A DNA stretch of 64,000 nucleotides from a virus (Duplodnaviria; Caudoviricetes). The notes under the pieces were generated by a model. The model was not told the DNA's origin. It was given only the letters and a program-made list of their open reading frames with translations, and did no database searches. Each line of letters opens with the position of its first letter. The first letter of the stretch is position 1. Location of the stretch: IMG/VR virus record IMGVR_UViG_3300046523_000171, positions 1,187-65,186 of that record. One strand, 5' to 3'. Positions 19,271 to 27,731 of this stretch are shown here, one piece after another. The translations under genes were made by a program, and so were the position numbers.

Positions 19271-19289
19271 AAACGGTATAAACGATTTA
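19271..19289 (-). repeat. 19-bp motif copy 2 (inverted)
   Basis: AAACGGTATAAACGATTTA on plus strand, the reverse complement of copy 1. Confidence 0.9.
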
Positions 19290-19294
19290 GCGGC

Positions 19295-20239
19295 TTATTT
19301 CTTCGGCGGGTTCAGGTCGAAGGCGTACGGGAATTCCGACAGAATGCCGCGCAGGTGTTCGAGTTCTTCGCCCTCAACGTGATTATTCCAACCGAATGCA
19401 AAGCGGTCAGTGTGGCTGTAATAGATCACGTTCGACAGGTCAACGCCACGATCAAGCAACCATGTGTAAGCGTCGCGCTTGATGGTCGCAGTCTTGACGG
19501 TCTTTTCGTAGTCGGCGGCCACGTCGGCGCGCTGTTTGGCTCGGCGTTCTTGGCCGCGCTTCGTCAGTCCCTCAATGCGGGCTTTCTCGAACAGCGGCAA
19601 CACCTCGGCGCGTTCTTCAGGCGACAGCGGCGGGCGGCTCGCGGTGCTCTTGTCCGACACGCGGCGCAGGCGCAGCAAATGCAGGTCGTCGCGCTTCAGG
19701 TACGACGATTCCAGGCAAGCGCCGCAGAACTGGCCCGGCTCGGCGTGCTGGTACTGTGCGCCGCAGTAGCCGCATGCGCAAGTGTTGGCGCGGGCCTGTT
19801 GCAGTTCGTCCGACGTGACGTAATAGCCGTGTTTAATGCGCTTGTTCGTTACGATCGCTTCGGACCAGTCGAACAGGCGCGCGGACAGTGGCGCGGCGCT
19901 GTTCATTTGATTATCGAAGATGTTTGCGAGTTCGATAGATACCGGGGCGGACCACTCGCCGGACGGCGACACCAGCGGGCGGCGGCTCGCGTCCGGTTCG
20001 GGACGGCCTGCGGCCTTGTCGATCATCTTCCAGAACTCAAAAAAGCGGGTCTTTTCCGGGCTTGCGAATTCCGGCATATAGCTATTCCAGGGCGTCAAGC
20101 CTGCGGCCTTGAATTTCTCGACCAGCGCGGCATATTGGGCGGCCTGTTCGGGCTTGTCGATCTCGAAGAAATACGCGGTTAAAGTCGCGGCGGCGGTGTC
20201 TGCGCGCTTCGGTTCGACGGTTGCAAAAATCTGTTTCAT
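19295..20239 (-). CDS. Hypothetical protein with Cys cluster (CACGYCG...CGAC)
   Basis: 314 aa ORF, likely zinc-binding. Confidence 0.7.
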   Translation of the reverse strand: MKQIFATVEPKRADTAAATLTAYFFEIDKPEQAAQYAALVEKFKAAGLTPWNSYMPEFASPEKTRFFEFWKMIDKAAGRPEPDASRRPLVSPSGEWSAPVSIELANIFDNQMNSAAPLSARLFDWSEAIVTNKRIKHGYYVTSDELQQARANTCACGYCGAQYQHAEPGQFCGACLESSYLKRDDLHLLRLRRVSDKSTASRPPLSPEERAEVLPLFEKARIEGLTKRGQERRAKQRADVAADYEKTVKTATIKRDAYTWLLDRGVDLSNVIYYSHTDRFAFGWNNHVEGEELEHLRGILSEFPYAFDLNPPKK

Positions 20240-20249
20240 GATGTGACCC

Positions 20250-20366
20250 TTAGAAAGTTAAGACCAGTTGAGCGGCGGCGTACACGGCCACCAAAATTCC
20301 CGCCAGCGCCACGACCGGGGCGGCAATGTCTGCCGCTTTGAAATACCACTGATTGCAGGTTTCCAC
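20250..20366 (-). CDS. Putative 38-aa single-TM peptide
   Basis: GTG start after SD GAAGGGG; METCNQWYFKAADIAAPVVALAGILVAVYAAAQLVLTF; first ORF after P2. Confidence 0.4.
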   Translation of the reverse strand: METCNQWYFKAADIAAPVVALAGILVAVYAAAQLVLTF

Positions 20367-20400
20367 GTTCGCCCCTTCGGTGTCGTTGTCGAGTAAGTGC

Positions 20401-20430
20401 ATTTTAATTGACAGGGTTTTCCCTTGTCAA
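20401..20430 (-). promoter_or_regulatory. sigma70 promoter P2, palindrome in flipped orientation
   Basis: TTGACA-agggaaaaccctgtcaat-TAAAAT. Confidence 0.85.
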
Positions 20431-20440
20431 CAGCTTTTCA

Positions 20441-21133
20441 TTATCCGAAGTAAGCGCGGACATTGTGCAAGCCCTCGAAGCCGTCACCGAACGCGAGCGC
20501 CCCGGCTTCGTCGCGCAGTTCCCACACGGCGAACGGGCGACGGCTGACGCGGACGGCGAACACACGCGACGGAAAGCCCGCGTTATGCAATTCCCACTTG
20601 CCACGCGAGACGAACGACAGGCGCACGGCTTCGGGTTCGGCGGCTTTCACGGTTGCGCGGTCGGTCGAGTCGATGAGGCATTGCGCAGCGGCGGCGCGGG
20701 CTTGCTCGGCGTCCAGGGCGCGGCGCTGTTCGTCGTCGCGGCAGTTCTCGACGAAGCCGGACCAATGAGCCATGAGGCGAGCGGGCGACGTGGCGACAGC
20801 GTGCAAGGTATGCGAGCGGCGACCGTGCCACATGACATAGGTGACGCCGCGTGTTGTACCGTCGCCGGTCACGGTCAGCGCACAGCCAGCGGACGCACCC
20901 GGCAGCGCGGCCACGGTGTCAGCGACGATAGAGCGGGCCAGCGTGCCCAGGTCACGAGCGGCGAAGCGGTAGCCGTCCGACTCTTCGACCGACACGCCGC
21001 GCAGAATGTCGGCGGCTTCGTCAAGGTCGGGGATGCGGTGGCCGTTCAGGCGGGCCGGGAACGACATTACAAACTTGCCGTTGATGCTGTAGCCGATTGC
21101 GCGGCCTTCGTTATAGCTTGCGATTGCTTCCAT
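20441..21133 (-). CDS. Hypothetical early protein (first gene of leftward operon)
   Basis: MEAIASYNEGRAIG...; SD AAGGGG; follows P3. Confidence 0.7.
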   Translation of the reverse strand: MEAIASYNEGRAIGYSINGKFVMSFPARLNGHRIPDLDEAADILRGVSVEESDGYRFAARDLGTLARSIVADTVAALPGASAGCALTVTGDGTTRGVTYVMWHGRRSHTLHAVATSPARLMAHWSGFVENCRDDEQRRALDAEQARAAAAQCLIDSTDRATVKAAEPEAVRLSFVSRGKWELHNAGFPSRVFAVRVSRRPFAVWELRDEAGALAFGDGFEGLHNVRAYFG

Positions 21134-21177
21134 GTTGTCACCCCTTGATGGTGGTTGTTTGAGTGCTGCTGAAACGA

Positions 21178-21207
21178 ATATTAAGCGACAAGGGAAAACC
21201 CTGTCAA
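21178..21207 (-). promoter_or_regulatory. sigma70 promoter P3 with palindrome
   Basis: TTGACA-gggttttcccttgtcgct-TAATAT. Confidence 0.85.
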
Positions 21208-21249
21208 CAGCTTTAAGCACGAACGCAACACCGGGCAAAGCCGCGCCCC

Positions 21250-21609
21250 TTATATACAGGCCGCCCGCAGTCCAGGCGCAGGCCCGGCACGCCGCCCAGG
21301 TGACAGGCCGCGCCGTGTCATCCAGGCCGCCCGCCGCCCAGGGTGCGCCCCGGTCCAGGCCGCCCGGCTGCGCTGGCGATCAGGCGATTTTGCCGATCCC
21401 GCGATACCTCGCTTTTTGCGGTAGGCTCGCTCGGCGCGCACGCCCGCCAGGCCACCAGGCCGTCACTCCGACACGCGGCACCACGCTAGGCCCACCCCCG
21501 CTTACTTGGTGGTCCTGGCCGGTTCCCTACAAACGAATCCGTGCCAGGAAACGGACCCCCTACCCTCGCCGCCTTACTTCGGGCACCTCGCCGGTTCCGC
21601 AAAAACGAA
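21250..21609 (+). repeat. GC-rich CAGGCCGCCC repeats plus two degenerate 37-bp repeats in the divergent control region
   Basis: CAGGCCGCCC occurs three times in about 21257-21365; CTTACTT-N10-GCCGGTTCC-N4-AAACGAA at 21501 and 21573. Confidence 0.7.
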
Positions 21610-21627
21610 ACGGGTTCAACAATTGAG

Positions 21628-21656
21628 TTGACAGGGTATTTCCTTGTCGGCATAAT
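21628..21656 (+). promoter_or_regulatory. sigma70 promoter P4 with palindrome
   Basis: TTGACA-gggtatttccttgtcgg-CATAAT. Confidence 0.85.
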
Positions 21657-21701
21657 CCACGTCGTCGCAACCCTATTCATTGAATATTAAGGAGTCATCA
21701 C

Positions 21702-22058
21702 ATGGGAGCAAAACCATCCGAAGCGGCACTGTCCAAAGTGGCAACCGCTATCCATTGCGCCGAGTCTGACGTGGCGCAGCCGAGCCGCGCACGCAGCGCA
21801 TCGTTCGCATCGGCCGTCGCGGATCTGAAGATCGGCGGCGAGCCTGCATCCAAGACCATGCGCCTCGATCCGAACATGACCGTCGCGGATCTCGCAGCGG
21901 CCCGCCCAACCCTGGCCGAGAAGCTGCGCAACACCGCACAGTCGTCGGTCAGCCAGGCGAAGCGCCGCGTGCCGGGCGCAGAGTTCAGCATCGAGATCTG
22001 CGATCTCACCTGCAAGTCGGGCATGTACCTGATCGCGCTCGTCTCGCGCACCGCGTAA
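21702..22058 (+). CDS. Hypothetical protein, first gene of rightward early operon
   Basis: 118 aa, strong SD TAAGGAG. Confidence 0.75.
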   Translation: MGAKPSEAALSKVATAIHCAESDVAQPSRARSASFASAVADLKIGGEPASKTMRLDPNMTVADLAAARPTLAEKLRNTAQSSVSQAKRRVPGAEFSIEICDLTCKSGMYLIALVSRTA

Positions 22059-22089
22059 CACCGACGACCAATCTTTAACGGAGAAGAAC

Positions 22090-22422
22090 ATGATCGTCGA
22101 ATTGATCTGCGGCCTCGCCGCCCTCGGCACCGGCACGGCAATCGGCCGCACCCTCGAACGTCTCGAACTGGCGAAGCGCAACCGCGTCGAGGCCGAGGAA
22201 CGCATGGACCCGAAAACGTCGAAGGTCACGATGGAAACCGACATGACCGGCCACATTCGCGCATCGGTGCTGCTGACCGCCAGCGACTTCCTCGAAGCGA
22301 CGGCGCGCATGGATCACAGCGACCGCTGCTACGTGCTGGGCGGCCACAACGGCGAGGCGCATGTGCTGCACGCGCTGTTCCTGCTGTTCCGCCACCTGCC
22401 GGGGAAGGGTGAGCGGAAATGA
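22090..22422 (+). CDS. Hypothetical protein with N-terminal hydrophobic helix
   Basis: 110 aa, SD GGAG. Confidence 0.65.
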   Translation: MIVELICGLAALGTGTAIGRTLERLELAKRNRVEAEERMDPKTSKVTMETDMTGHIRASVLLTASDFLEATARMDHSDRCYVLGGHNGEAHVLHALFLLFRHLPGKGERK

Positions 22423-22658
22423 GCGCGAAGATCTCGCCAGCACAACGGGCCATGATCGACGCGATCAAGAACGGTGCGAAGGTGAAGTTCATGTCGGGCT
22501 ACCAGGCATACGCTTACGCCGACCGCCCATGCCCCGGCGTAAAGAACTTGACGGTGACTGCGCTCGCAATGGAACGCGCTGGTCTGCTCGAACGCTGCGA
22601 CCACCGGACGAACGGCAACTTCAGCTTCCGACTGACTGCGAAAGGTGAAGCGGCGTGA
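22419..22658 (+). CDS. Small winged-helix-like protein
   Basis: ISPAQRAMIDAI...MERAGLLE...FRLTAKG pattern. Confidence 0.55.
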   Translation: MSAKISPAQRAMIDAIKNGAKVKFMSGYQAYAYADRPCPGVKNLTVTALAMERAGLLERCDHRTNGNFSFRLTAKGEAA

Positions 22659-23230
22659 AGAAGCTGCGCGTCAACCACCAGGCGCTCGCGCTCGCCGTGA
22701 AGCGCATGCTGCAAGGTCCGTTCACCGCACACGATGTCGTCGAAGTGACCGGCCTGCACATCAACACCGCGTACGAACTGGTCAACATGTTCCACAAGGT
22801 CGGCACCTCGCACCGCAGCGGATGGGAACAGAACTCGTTCGGCATCGACACCACGCCGGTATTCACGCTCGGCCCTGGCGTCAACAAGCGGCGGCGCAAG
22901 GCCAGCGCGAAAGAGAAGTCGGCCCGCTACCGTGCGAACAAGAAGATCCGGCAGCAGCGCAACCCGCTCGTGGCCGCACTGCACGCCGAATTCTACGACT
23001 ATCGCGGGTTCAAGGTCGTGAAGGGCATAACGATTGTCGTGGATCACCCCGACCCGTATTTCAAACCCGAGGGCTACCCGAACGCGCGGATCGCCCACGG
23101 CATGATTTCTCGCTTCATCACATCACGCGGACTCGACAAACTGAAGGAACAGGAAAATGGAACTGACGAACAACACGACCAGCAGCACACCGAAGGAACG
23201 CCTGGCGAAGATCTCGACGGCGTGCGCTGA
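22655..23230 (+). CDS. Winged-HTH DNA-binding protein
   Basis: GPFTAHDVVEVTGLHINTAYELVNMFHKVG HTH plus basic KRRRKASAKEKSARYR. Confidence 0.65.
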   Translation: MKKLRVNHQALALAVKRMLQGPFTAHDVVEVTGLHINTAYELVNMFHKVGTSHRSGWEQNSFGIDTTPVFTLGPGVNKRRRKASAKEKSARYRANKKIRQQRNPLVAALHAEFYDYRGFKVVKGITIVVDHPDPYFKPEGYPNARIAHGMISRFITSRGLDKLKEQENGTDEQHDQQHTEGTPGEDLDGVR

Positions 23231-24008
23231 CGCCCTGGCCGCCGCGTACAGCAGCTTGCTCGTGGCGAAGGATATGGCTCACCTGGGCGACCTGCCGCTC
23301 ATCAACCGCGTCGAGGAATTGAGCGACGCCGTGTACAGCCTGTCGTCGGACTCGAAGAAGATCGCGGCCGAGGTGCAGAACTCGCTGAATAATCCGGCCG
23401 ATGAACTGCCGACGTTCGAGGCCGAACTGTCGCCGCTGGAACGCGACCTGCTGGACCGCATGCGCACGTTCGGCATGCCGATGCGCATCGAGCGTGGTGG
23501 CCTCGGATGGGGACCGGCGCGTGTCCTGGCCGCGCGTGGCCTGATCCACTCGCTGCCGACCGACTCGGAACTGTTCACCGTCACGAAGTACCTGCCCATC
23601 GGGAAGGACAAGGCACTGGTCCCGGTGAACGACGGCCTGTACCGCATGTATCAGCACGCGATGAGCGGCGGCGATGTCGTCATCACACCGAGCCGCCCGC
23701 ATAGCGACTCGACCCGCAAGGCCGCGCAGAAGCTCGTCGATGCTGGCGTGCTGGCGCAGTTCTCGGAGAACATCTACCGCGCCGTGCCGCAGGCCGACCC
23801 GACGCCGGACGAAGCCCGCGACATGCTGAAAACCCTGAACGCGCTCGAAACGCTGATCGTGCAGTTCGTCCACGAGCGCAGCCAGGTCGAGCCGACCACG
23901 CAGCAGGAACGCGCCGCGTGCGAGAACATGGTCAACAAGCGCATCCTGTTCAAGCAGTCGAGCGGCCTGTATGCGCTGACCGACGTGTACAAGAAGGTGA
24001 TGCAATGA
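23157..24008 (+). CDS. Hypothetical protein with three wHTH-like repeats
   Basis: Repeats ending ...LAARGLI, ...LVDAGVL...YRAV and ...MVNKRIL...YALT. Confidence 0.6.
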   Translation: MELTNNTTSSTPKERLAKISTACADALAAAYSSLLVAKDMAHLGDLPLINRVEELSDAVYSLSSDSKKIAAEVQNSLNNPADELPTFEAELSPLERDLLDRMRTFGMPMRIERGGLGWGPARVLAARGLIHSLPTDSELFTVTKYLPIGKDKALVPVNDGLYRMYQHAMSGGDVVITPSRPHSDSTRKAAQKLVDAGVLAQFSENIYRAVPQADPTPDEARDMLKTLNALETLIVQFVHERSQVEPTTQQERAACENMVNKRILFKQSSGLYALTDVYKKVMQ

Positions 24009-24517
24009 GCCTGTCCGATGAGTACCGCACCGCACAGGCCACGGCCGATATGCAGGTGCCACTGCACGACGGCCAGGTGCGCAAGATCCACGCCGTCATG
24101 CCCCACGCCGACGCCACGATCTGCGGCAAGGTCGAAGCCCTGGACGTGACCTACGTGAAGCCCGCAGCGCCCGGCCATCGCTACGCCGTGACCTGCGACG
24201 ACTGCCTGAAGGCGCTGAAGCGTGAACGCCAGCGACGCAGCCGCGAGGGCACCGCACGAGCCGCCGAACGCCGTGCGCAACAGGTCGAGGAAGCACCACC
24301 GCTGACCGAGCGCGAGGCCGCGTACAAGAAGCAGCGCGACGACCTGCTGGCCTTCATGCAGTCGGCCCCGGTGTCGTCCGGCGTGTGCTGCTGCGGCAGC
24401 GACATGGAGAAGCATGGCATGTACGACGGTCACTCGCCGGTCGATACCTGGGACTACGCGGTGCAGGGATGGGCGAAACAGATCGCAGAGTTCGACGCGG
24501 AGAACCCGACGCCATGA
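24005..24517 (+). CDS. Zinc-finger protein (H-x10-CG-x22-CxxC plus C-terminal CCCG)
   Basis: HAVMPHADATICG...TCDDC; VCCCGSDM...H. Confidence 0.65.
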   Translation: MSLSDEYRTAQATADMQVPLHDGQVRKIHAVMPHADATICGKVEALDVTYVKPAAPGHRYAVTCDDCLKALKRERQRRSREGTARAAERRAQQVEEAPPLTEREAAYKKQRDDLLAFMQSAPVSSGVCCCGSDMEKHGMYDGHSPVDTWDYAVQGWAKQIAEFDAENPTP

Positions 24518-24876
24518 TGGACTTCAGCCTGAAGAAGCCCTGCAACAACTGCCCGTTCCGCACGGACGTGAAGCCGTACCTGCGCACCGCGCGCATCGTC
24601 GGTATCCTGCGCAGCATCACCGAGGGCGACGCATCGTTCTCGTGCCACAAGACCACGGCACACGATGACGACGGCGTGCCGATCCAGGGCAAGAAGGAGA
24701 AGCACTGCGCGGGCGCGCTGATCCTGTTGGAGAAGATCAAACAGCCGAACCAGTTGATGCGAATCGCGGTGCGCCTGAACATGTACAAGCCGGACAAGCT
24801 GCGCATGGACATACCGATCTACGACACGCCGATTGCAATGGTGGACGCATACCGGAAAGCGAACAACGAGAAGTGA
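24514..24876 (+). CDS. Cys-rich protein (PCxxCPF...F.CH...CAG; DUF6283-like)
   Basis: KKPCNNCPFRTD, FSCHKT, HCAGALIL. Confidence 0.65.
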   Translation: MMDFSLKKPCNNCPFRTDVKPYLRTARIVGILRSITEGDASFSCHKTTAHDDDGVPIQGKKEKHCAGALILLEKIKQPNQLMRIAVRLNMYKPDKLRMDIPIYDTPIAMVDAYRKANNEK

Positions 24877-24908
24877 AACCGCAGCACCGACCACAACGGA
24901 GAATAAAA

Positions 24909-26162
24909 ATGGACTACCTGAAAGTAGCACTGCGCACCGACCTGGCCGCCGAGGACACGAGCCAGGCAGCATCACGAGCAATCGTCCACCTCATCGGCCC
25001 GCTGTCCAGCGCAACGTTCTGCGGCAAGGCGGGCGTGCGTGAAGTGGCCCACGCTGGCTCGGATCGAGTCGTGTCCTGCCCCGACTGCCTTTCGTTTTCT
25101 CGCTCGATGCGCGATACGCCCGCCGACAATACCAGTCTGACCGATTCCGCGTATCGCACTTTGCGCTCGGTCAGTACCCCGATTTACCACGGCCTCGAAC
25201 GGAGATCCCGGCCGCGCTTCATCGAAGCGGATCTCGACCCTCAACCTTTTAACGGAGAAACCATGAAGCACTACACCAACGTTATCCGCGACGACCTGGG
25301 CACAGTCCATGCGCTGTACGACGGCGAAACCGCGACCGCGTGCGGCGCAGTCAACGCGGCCGACACGATGACCTCGGCTCGCGCCGTCTCGTGCGACGCC
25401 TGCATGAAAGCGATCATCAACCAGCAGCGCGCCAGCGATCACCGCATGCCGCCGCCAGTTAGCGAGGGCAACAATGTTCTCGCCACCGTGCGCGACATCA
25501 TCGACAACTGCGAATCGCGGATGATCGGTGACGGCAGCGGCGAGCGCGAGTACGTGCTGTCGCAATCGGACATCGACACGCTGCGCGGCCTGCGCGACGC
25601 CTTCATTGCCGAGAACATCATCGCGGCGCAGAAGATAGTCAACGACGCCGACCTGCTCGAACAACTGCGCCAGGTGTGCGGCTACGTCGAGAACGGAAGT
25701 TCGCAATACGTGACCATCGGCCAGGACGATGCGACCCGCGAATGGGGGATCAACGTCGGCACCGATCACCGCATGGAGAAGCGCCGCCATTACAGCGGCA
25801 CCAGCTTCCACCAGGCGATCCGCGCAGCGGCGGCGAAAGAGATCGAGGTCGAGGAACCGCAGGCCATCGGCTACGCCAATCAGGACGCCGATCTGCCGAC
25901 AGGCTATGCTGGCATGGCCTCGATCCATCCTGTCGTCGCGGCCGAGGCGGTGGGCGTGTCGGCGGATGCCGTCGTCGAGGCGAACCGCAAGCTGCTGCTC
26001 GACCGCTCGAACGTCGGCATTGCGAAGTACGGCGTCACCCTCGAACAGTCCGGCCTCACGCTGCGCCAGTTCGTCCAGCACGCGCTCGAAGAAACCCTCG
26101 ACCTTGCGAACTACCTGCAAGCCACCCTCATGACCACCGCAATGCAAGACCAGAAGCAATGA
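24909..26162 (+). CDS. Multidomain protein: two HC3 zinc fingers plus C-terminal MazG-like (all-alpha NTP-PPase) domain
   Basis: Two H-x10-CG...CxxC copies; C-terminal RSNVGIAKYGVTL...QHALEETLDLANYL; internal SD and ATG at 25263. Confidence 0.65.
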   Translation: MDYLKVALRTDLAAEDTSQAASRAIVHLIGPLSSATFCGKAGVREVAHAGSDRVVSCPDCLSFSRSMRDTPADNTSLTDSAYRTLRSVSTPIYHGLERRSRPRFIEADLDPQPFNGETMKHYTNVIRDDLGTVHALYDGETATACGAVNAADTMTSARAVSCDACMKAIINQQRASDHRMPPPVSEGNNVLATVRDIIDNCESRMIGDGSGEREYVLSQSDIDTLRGLRDAFIAENIIAAQKIVNDADLLEQLRQVCGYVENGSSQYVTIGQDDATREWGINVGTDHRMEKRRHYSGTSFHQAIRAAAAKEIEVEEPQAIGYANQDADLPTGYAGMASIHPVVAAEAVGVSADAVVEANRKLLLDRSNVGIAKYGVTLEQSGLTLRQFVQHALEETLDLANYLQATLMTTAMQDQKQ

Positions 26163-26719
26163 CCACCACCCTCAACACGGAGAACACCATGAACCAGAAC
26201 GACACCACCATCCAGCAATACCGCCAGGATCTCGACGCCCTCATCACCCTGGCGCAGCAGCACCTCACGCAGATCGCGCAAGGCACGTTCAACCCGACCG
26301 AGGCGATCCCGATCAGCGCCCTCGGCATGCCGGTGCGCATCGCTGGCAATCTGCTCATGACCACCTGCTACGACGCCGCACACAAGGCCGGATGGTGGAT
26401 CGACACGACGACCGGCATGGACGTGCGCACCTGGCCGGACCACTTCATGAAGCTGTGGGTCGCCGCGAAGCTGGCCCTCGTGCATAGCGAGGTGAGCGAA
26501 GGTCTGGAAGGCCACCGCAAGGGTCTGAAGGACGACAAGCTGCCGCACCGCGACATGCTCGAAGTCGAACTGGCCGACGCGGTGATCCGCATCTGCGACC
26601 TGGCCGGTGGCCTGGGCATGGATCTCGGCGGCGCAATCGAAGAGAAGCTGGCCTTCAACGCGCATCGCCCCGACCACAAGATCGAGAACCGCACGGCCGA
26701 AGGCGGAAAGAGCATCTAA
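26159..26719 (+). CDS. MazG-like nucleoside triphosphate pyrophosphohydrolase
   Basis: KLALVHSEVSEGLEGHRK...EVELADAVIRICDLAG...EEKLAFNAHR. Confidence 0.88.
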   Translation: MTTTLNTENTMNQNDTTIQQYRQDLDALITLAQQHLTQIAQGTFNPTEAIPISALGMPVRIAGNLLMTTCYDAAHKAGWWIDTTTGMDVRTWPDHFMKLWVAAKLALVHSEVSEGLEGHRKGLKDDKLPHRDMLEVELADAVIRICDLAGGLGMDLGGAIEEKLAFNAHRPDHKIENRTAEGGKSI

Positions 26720-26721
26720 GC

Positions 26722-27087
26722 ATGCAGCGAGCGACCTACCCTGCCCCGGCGCTCGCTGTCGTTCATGCCACATGCGTGTTCATCCCACCGATCACCGACC
26801 CGCTGGGCCGAAGCTGGCGACAGCCCGACCTGACCGACGTGACGATGGACGACACGCATGTGATGCTGACGAAGCGACAGTTCGACGAACTGGCCGACTA
26901 CTCAACGACCTGGCCGACCGGCGTGTATCCCGGCAAGTGCTGGAAAGCGCGTATGGCCGAAGATCGCATTGTCGGCGGCCAGGCGTTCATGGCCTGGTCT
27001 AACGTGTGGATGCTGCGCTGGTTTGGCGAGTGCGCCGACCCGACGATGTGCAGCAACAATCAACGCGAAATAATCATCATCGACTGA
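26722..27087 (+). CDS. Phage hypothetical protein
   Basis: DPLGRSWRQP...DYSTTWPTGVYPGKCWK. Confidence 0.7.
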   Translation: MQRATYPAPALAVVHATCVFIPPITDPLGRSWRQPDLTDVTMDDTHVMLTKRQFDELADYSTTWPTGVYPGKCWKARMAEDRIVGGQAFMAWSNVWMLRWFGECADPTMCSNNQREIIIID

Positions 27088-27101
27088 AATAGGAACCTGA
27101 A

Positions 27102-27731
27102 ATGGCATTGAAAAACGTACTCATGATTGGCGGCCCGGCTGACGGCCAACGATTCACCCTGGCCGCGCGCCAACGCACCTTCTGTTTTCTGGAAGAGTCC
27201 ACGCCTGGCAGGAAGGGCGGCGAATCGCACTACGCAATCGGCGGTCTGCGCGGCCTGCTCAACGACATACCAATCGGCGTCCGCGATCTCAACGTAGACG
27301 CGATCCTGGCCCTGCTGACGGCCTACAGGCGGCCCGGCGCGGATGACAGCGACGCAGAGGAAGCGGCGCGCCTGGTGACGGTCCTGGGCGGTCCTGGCGA
27401 CGGCATGCGCATCATGGCCGAACCTGAAGTCGAAACCCTGATCGTGCCGCTGCGCCGCGCTACCGATGGCGACGTGCCGGAATACCGCATCGTGCCGCTC
27501 GTCGGCAAGGATCAGCGCACCTACCGCGTCGCCATCCTCGACCCGATGAAGGACTGCCCGATCACGATGCTCATCAACGGCTACCGCCAGCCGCTCGTCG
27601 AGGCGACCGAACTCGAAGAGTGCAAGTTCTGCGGCGCACACGTCGAGACGCCATGCGAAGCGCCGCCGCCCGACATCTGCGAGAAGGCGATCAACGCAAC
27701 GTACGGTCGTCGCAGCGGGGAGGCGCAATGA
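27102..27731 (+). CDS. Hypothetical protein with tandem GGPxDG domains
   Basis: IGGPADG...AYRRP and LGGPGDG...GYRQP; C-terminal CKFC...C...C. Confidence 0.7.
   Translation: MALKNVLMIGGPADGQRFTLAARQRTFCFLEESTPGRKGGESHYAIGGLRGLLNDIPIGVRDLNVDAILALLTAYRRPGADDSDAEEAARLVTVLGGPGDGMRIMAEPEVETLIVPLRRATDGDVPEYRIVPLVGKDQRTYRVAILDPMKDCPITMLINGYRQPLVEATELEECKFCGAHVETPCEAPPPDICEKAINATYGRRSGEAQ

Noticed and set aside
18579-19289. Invertible cassette or IS with terminal inverted repeats
   Set aside because: No transposase, invertase or integrase in the window, no target-site duplication seen, and a third copy lies 27 kb away. Kept only as an untested alternative.
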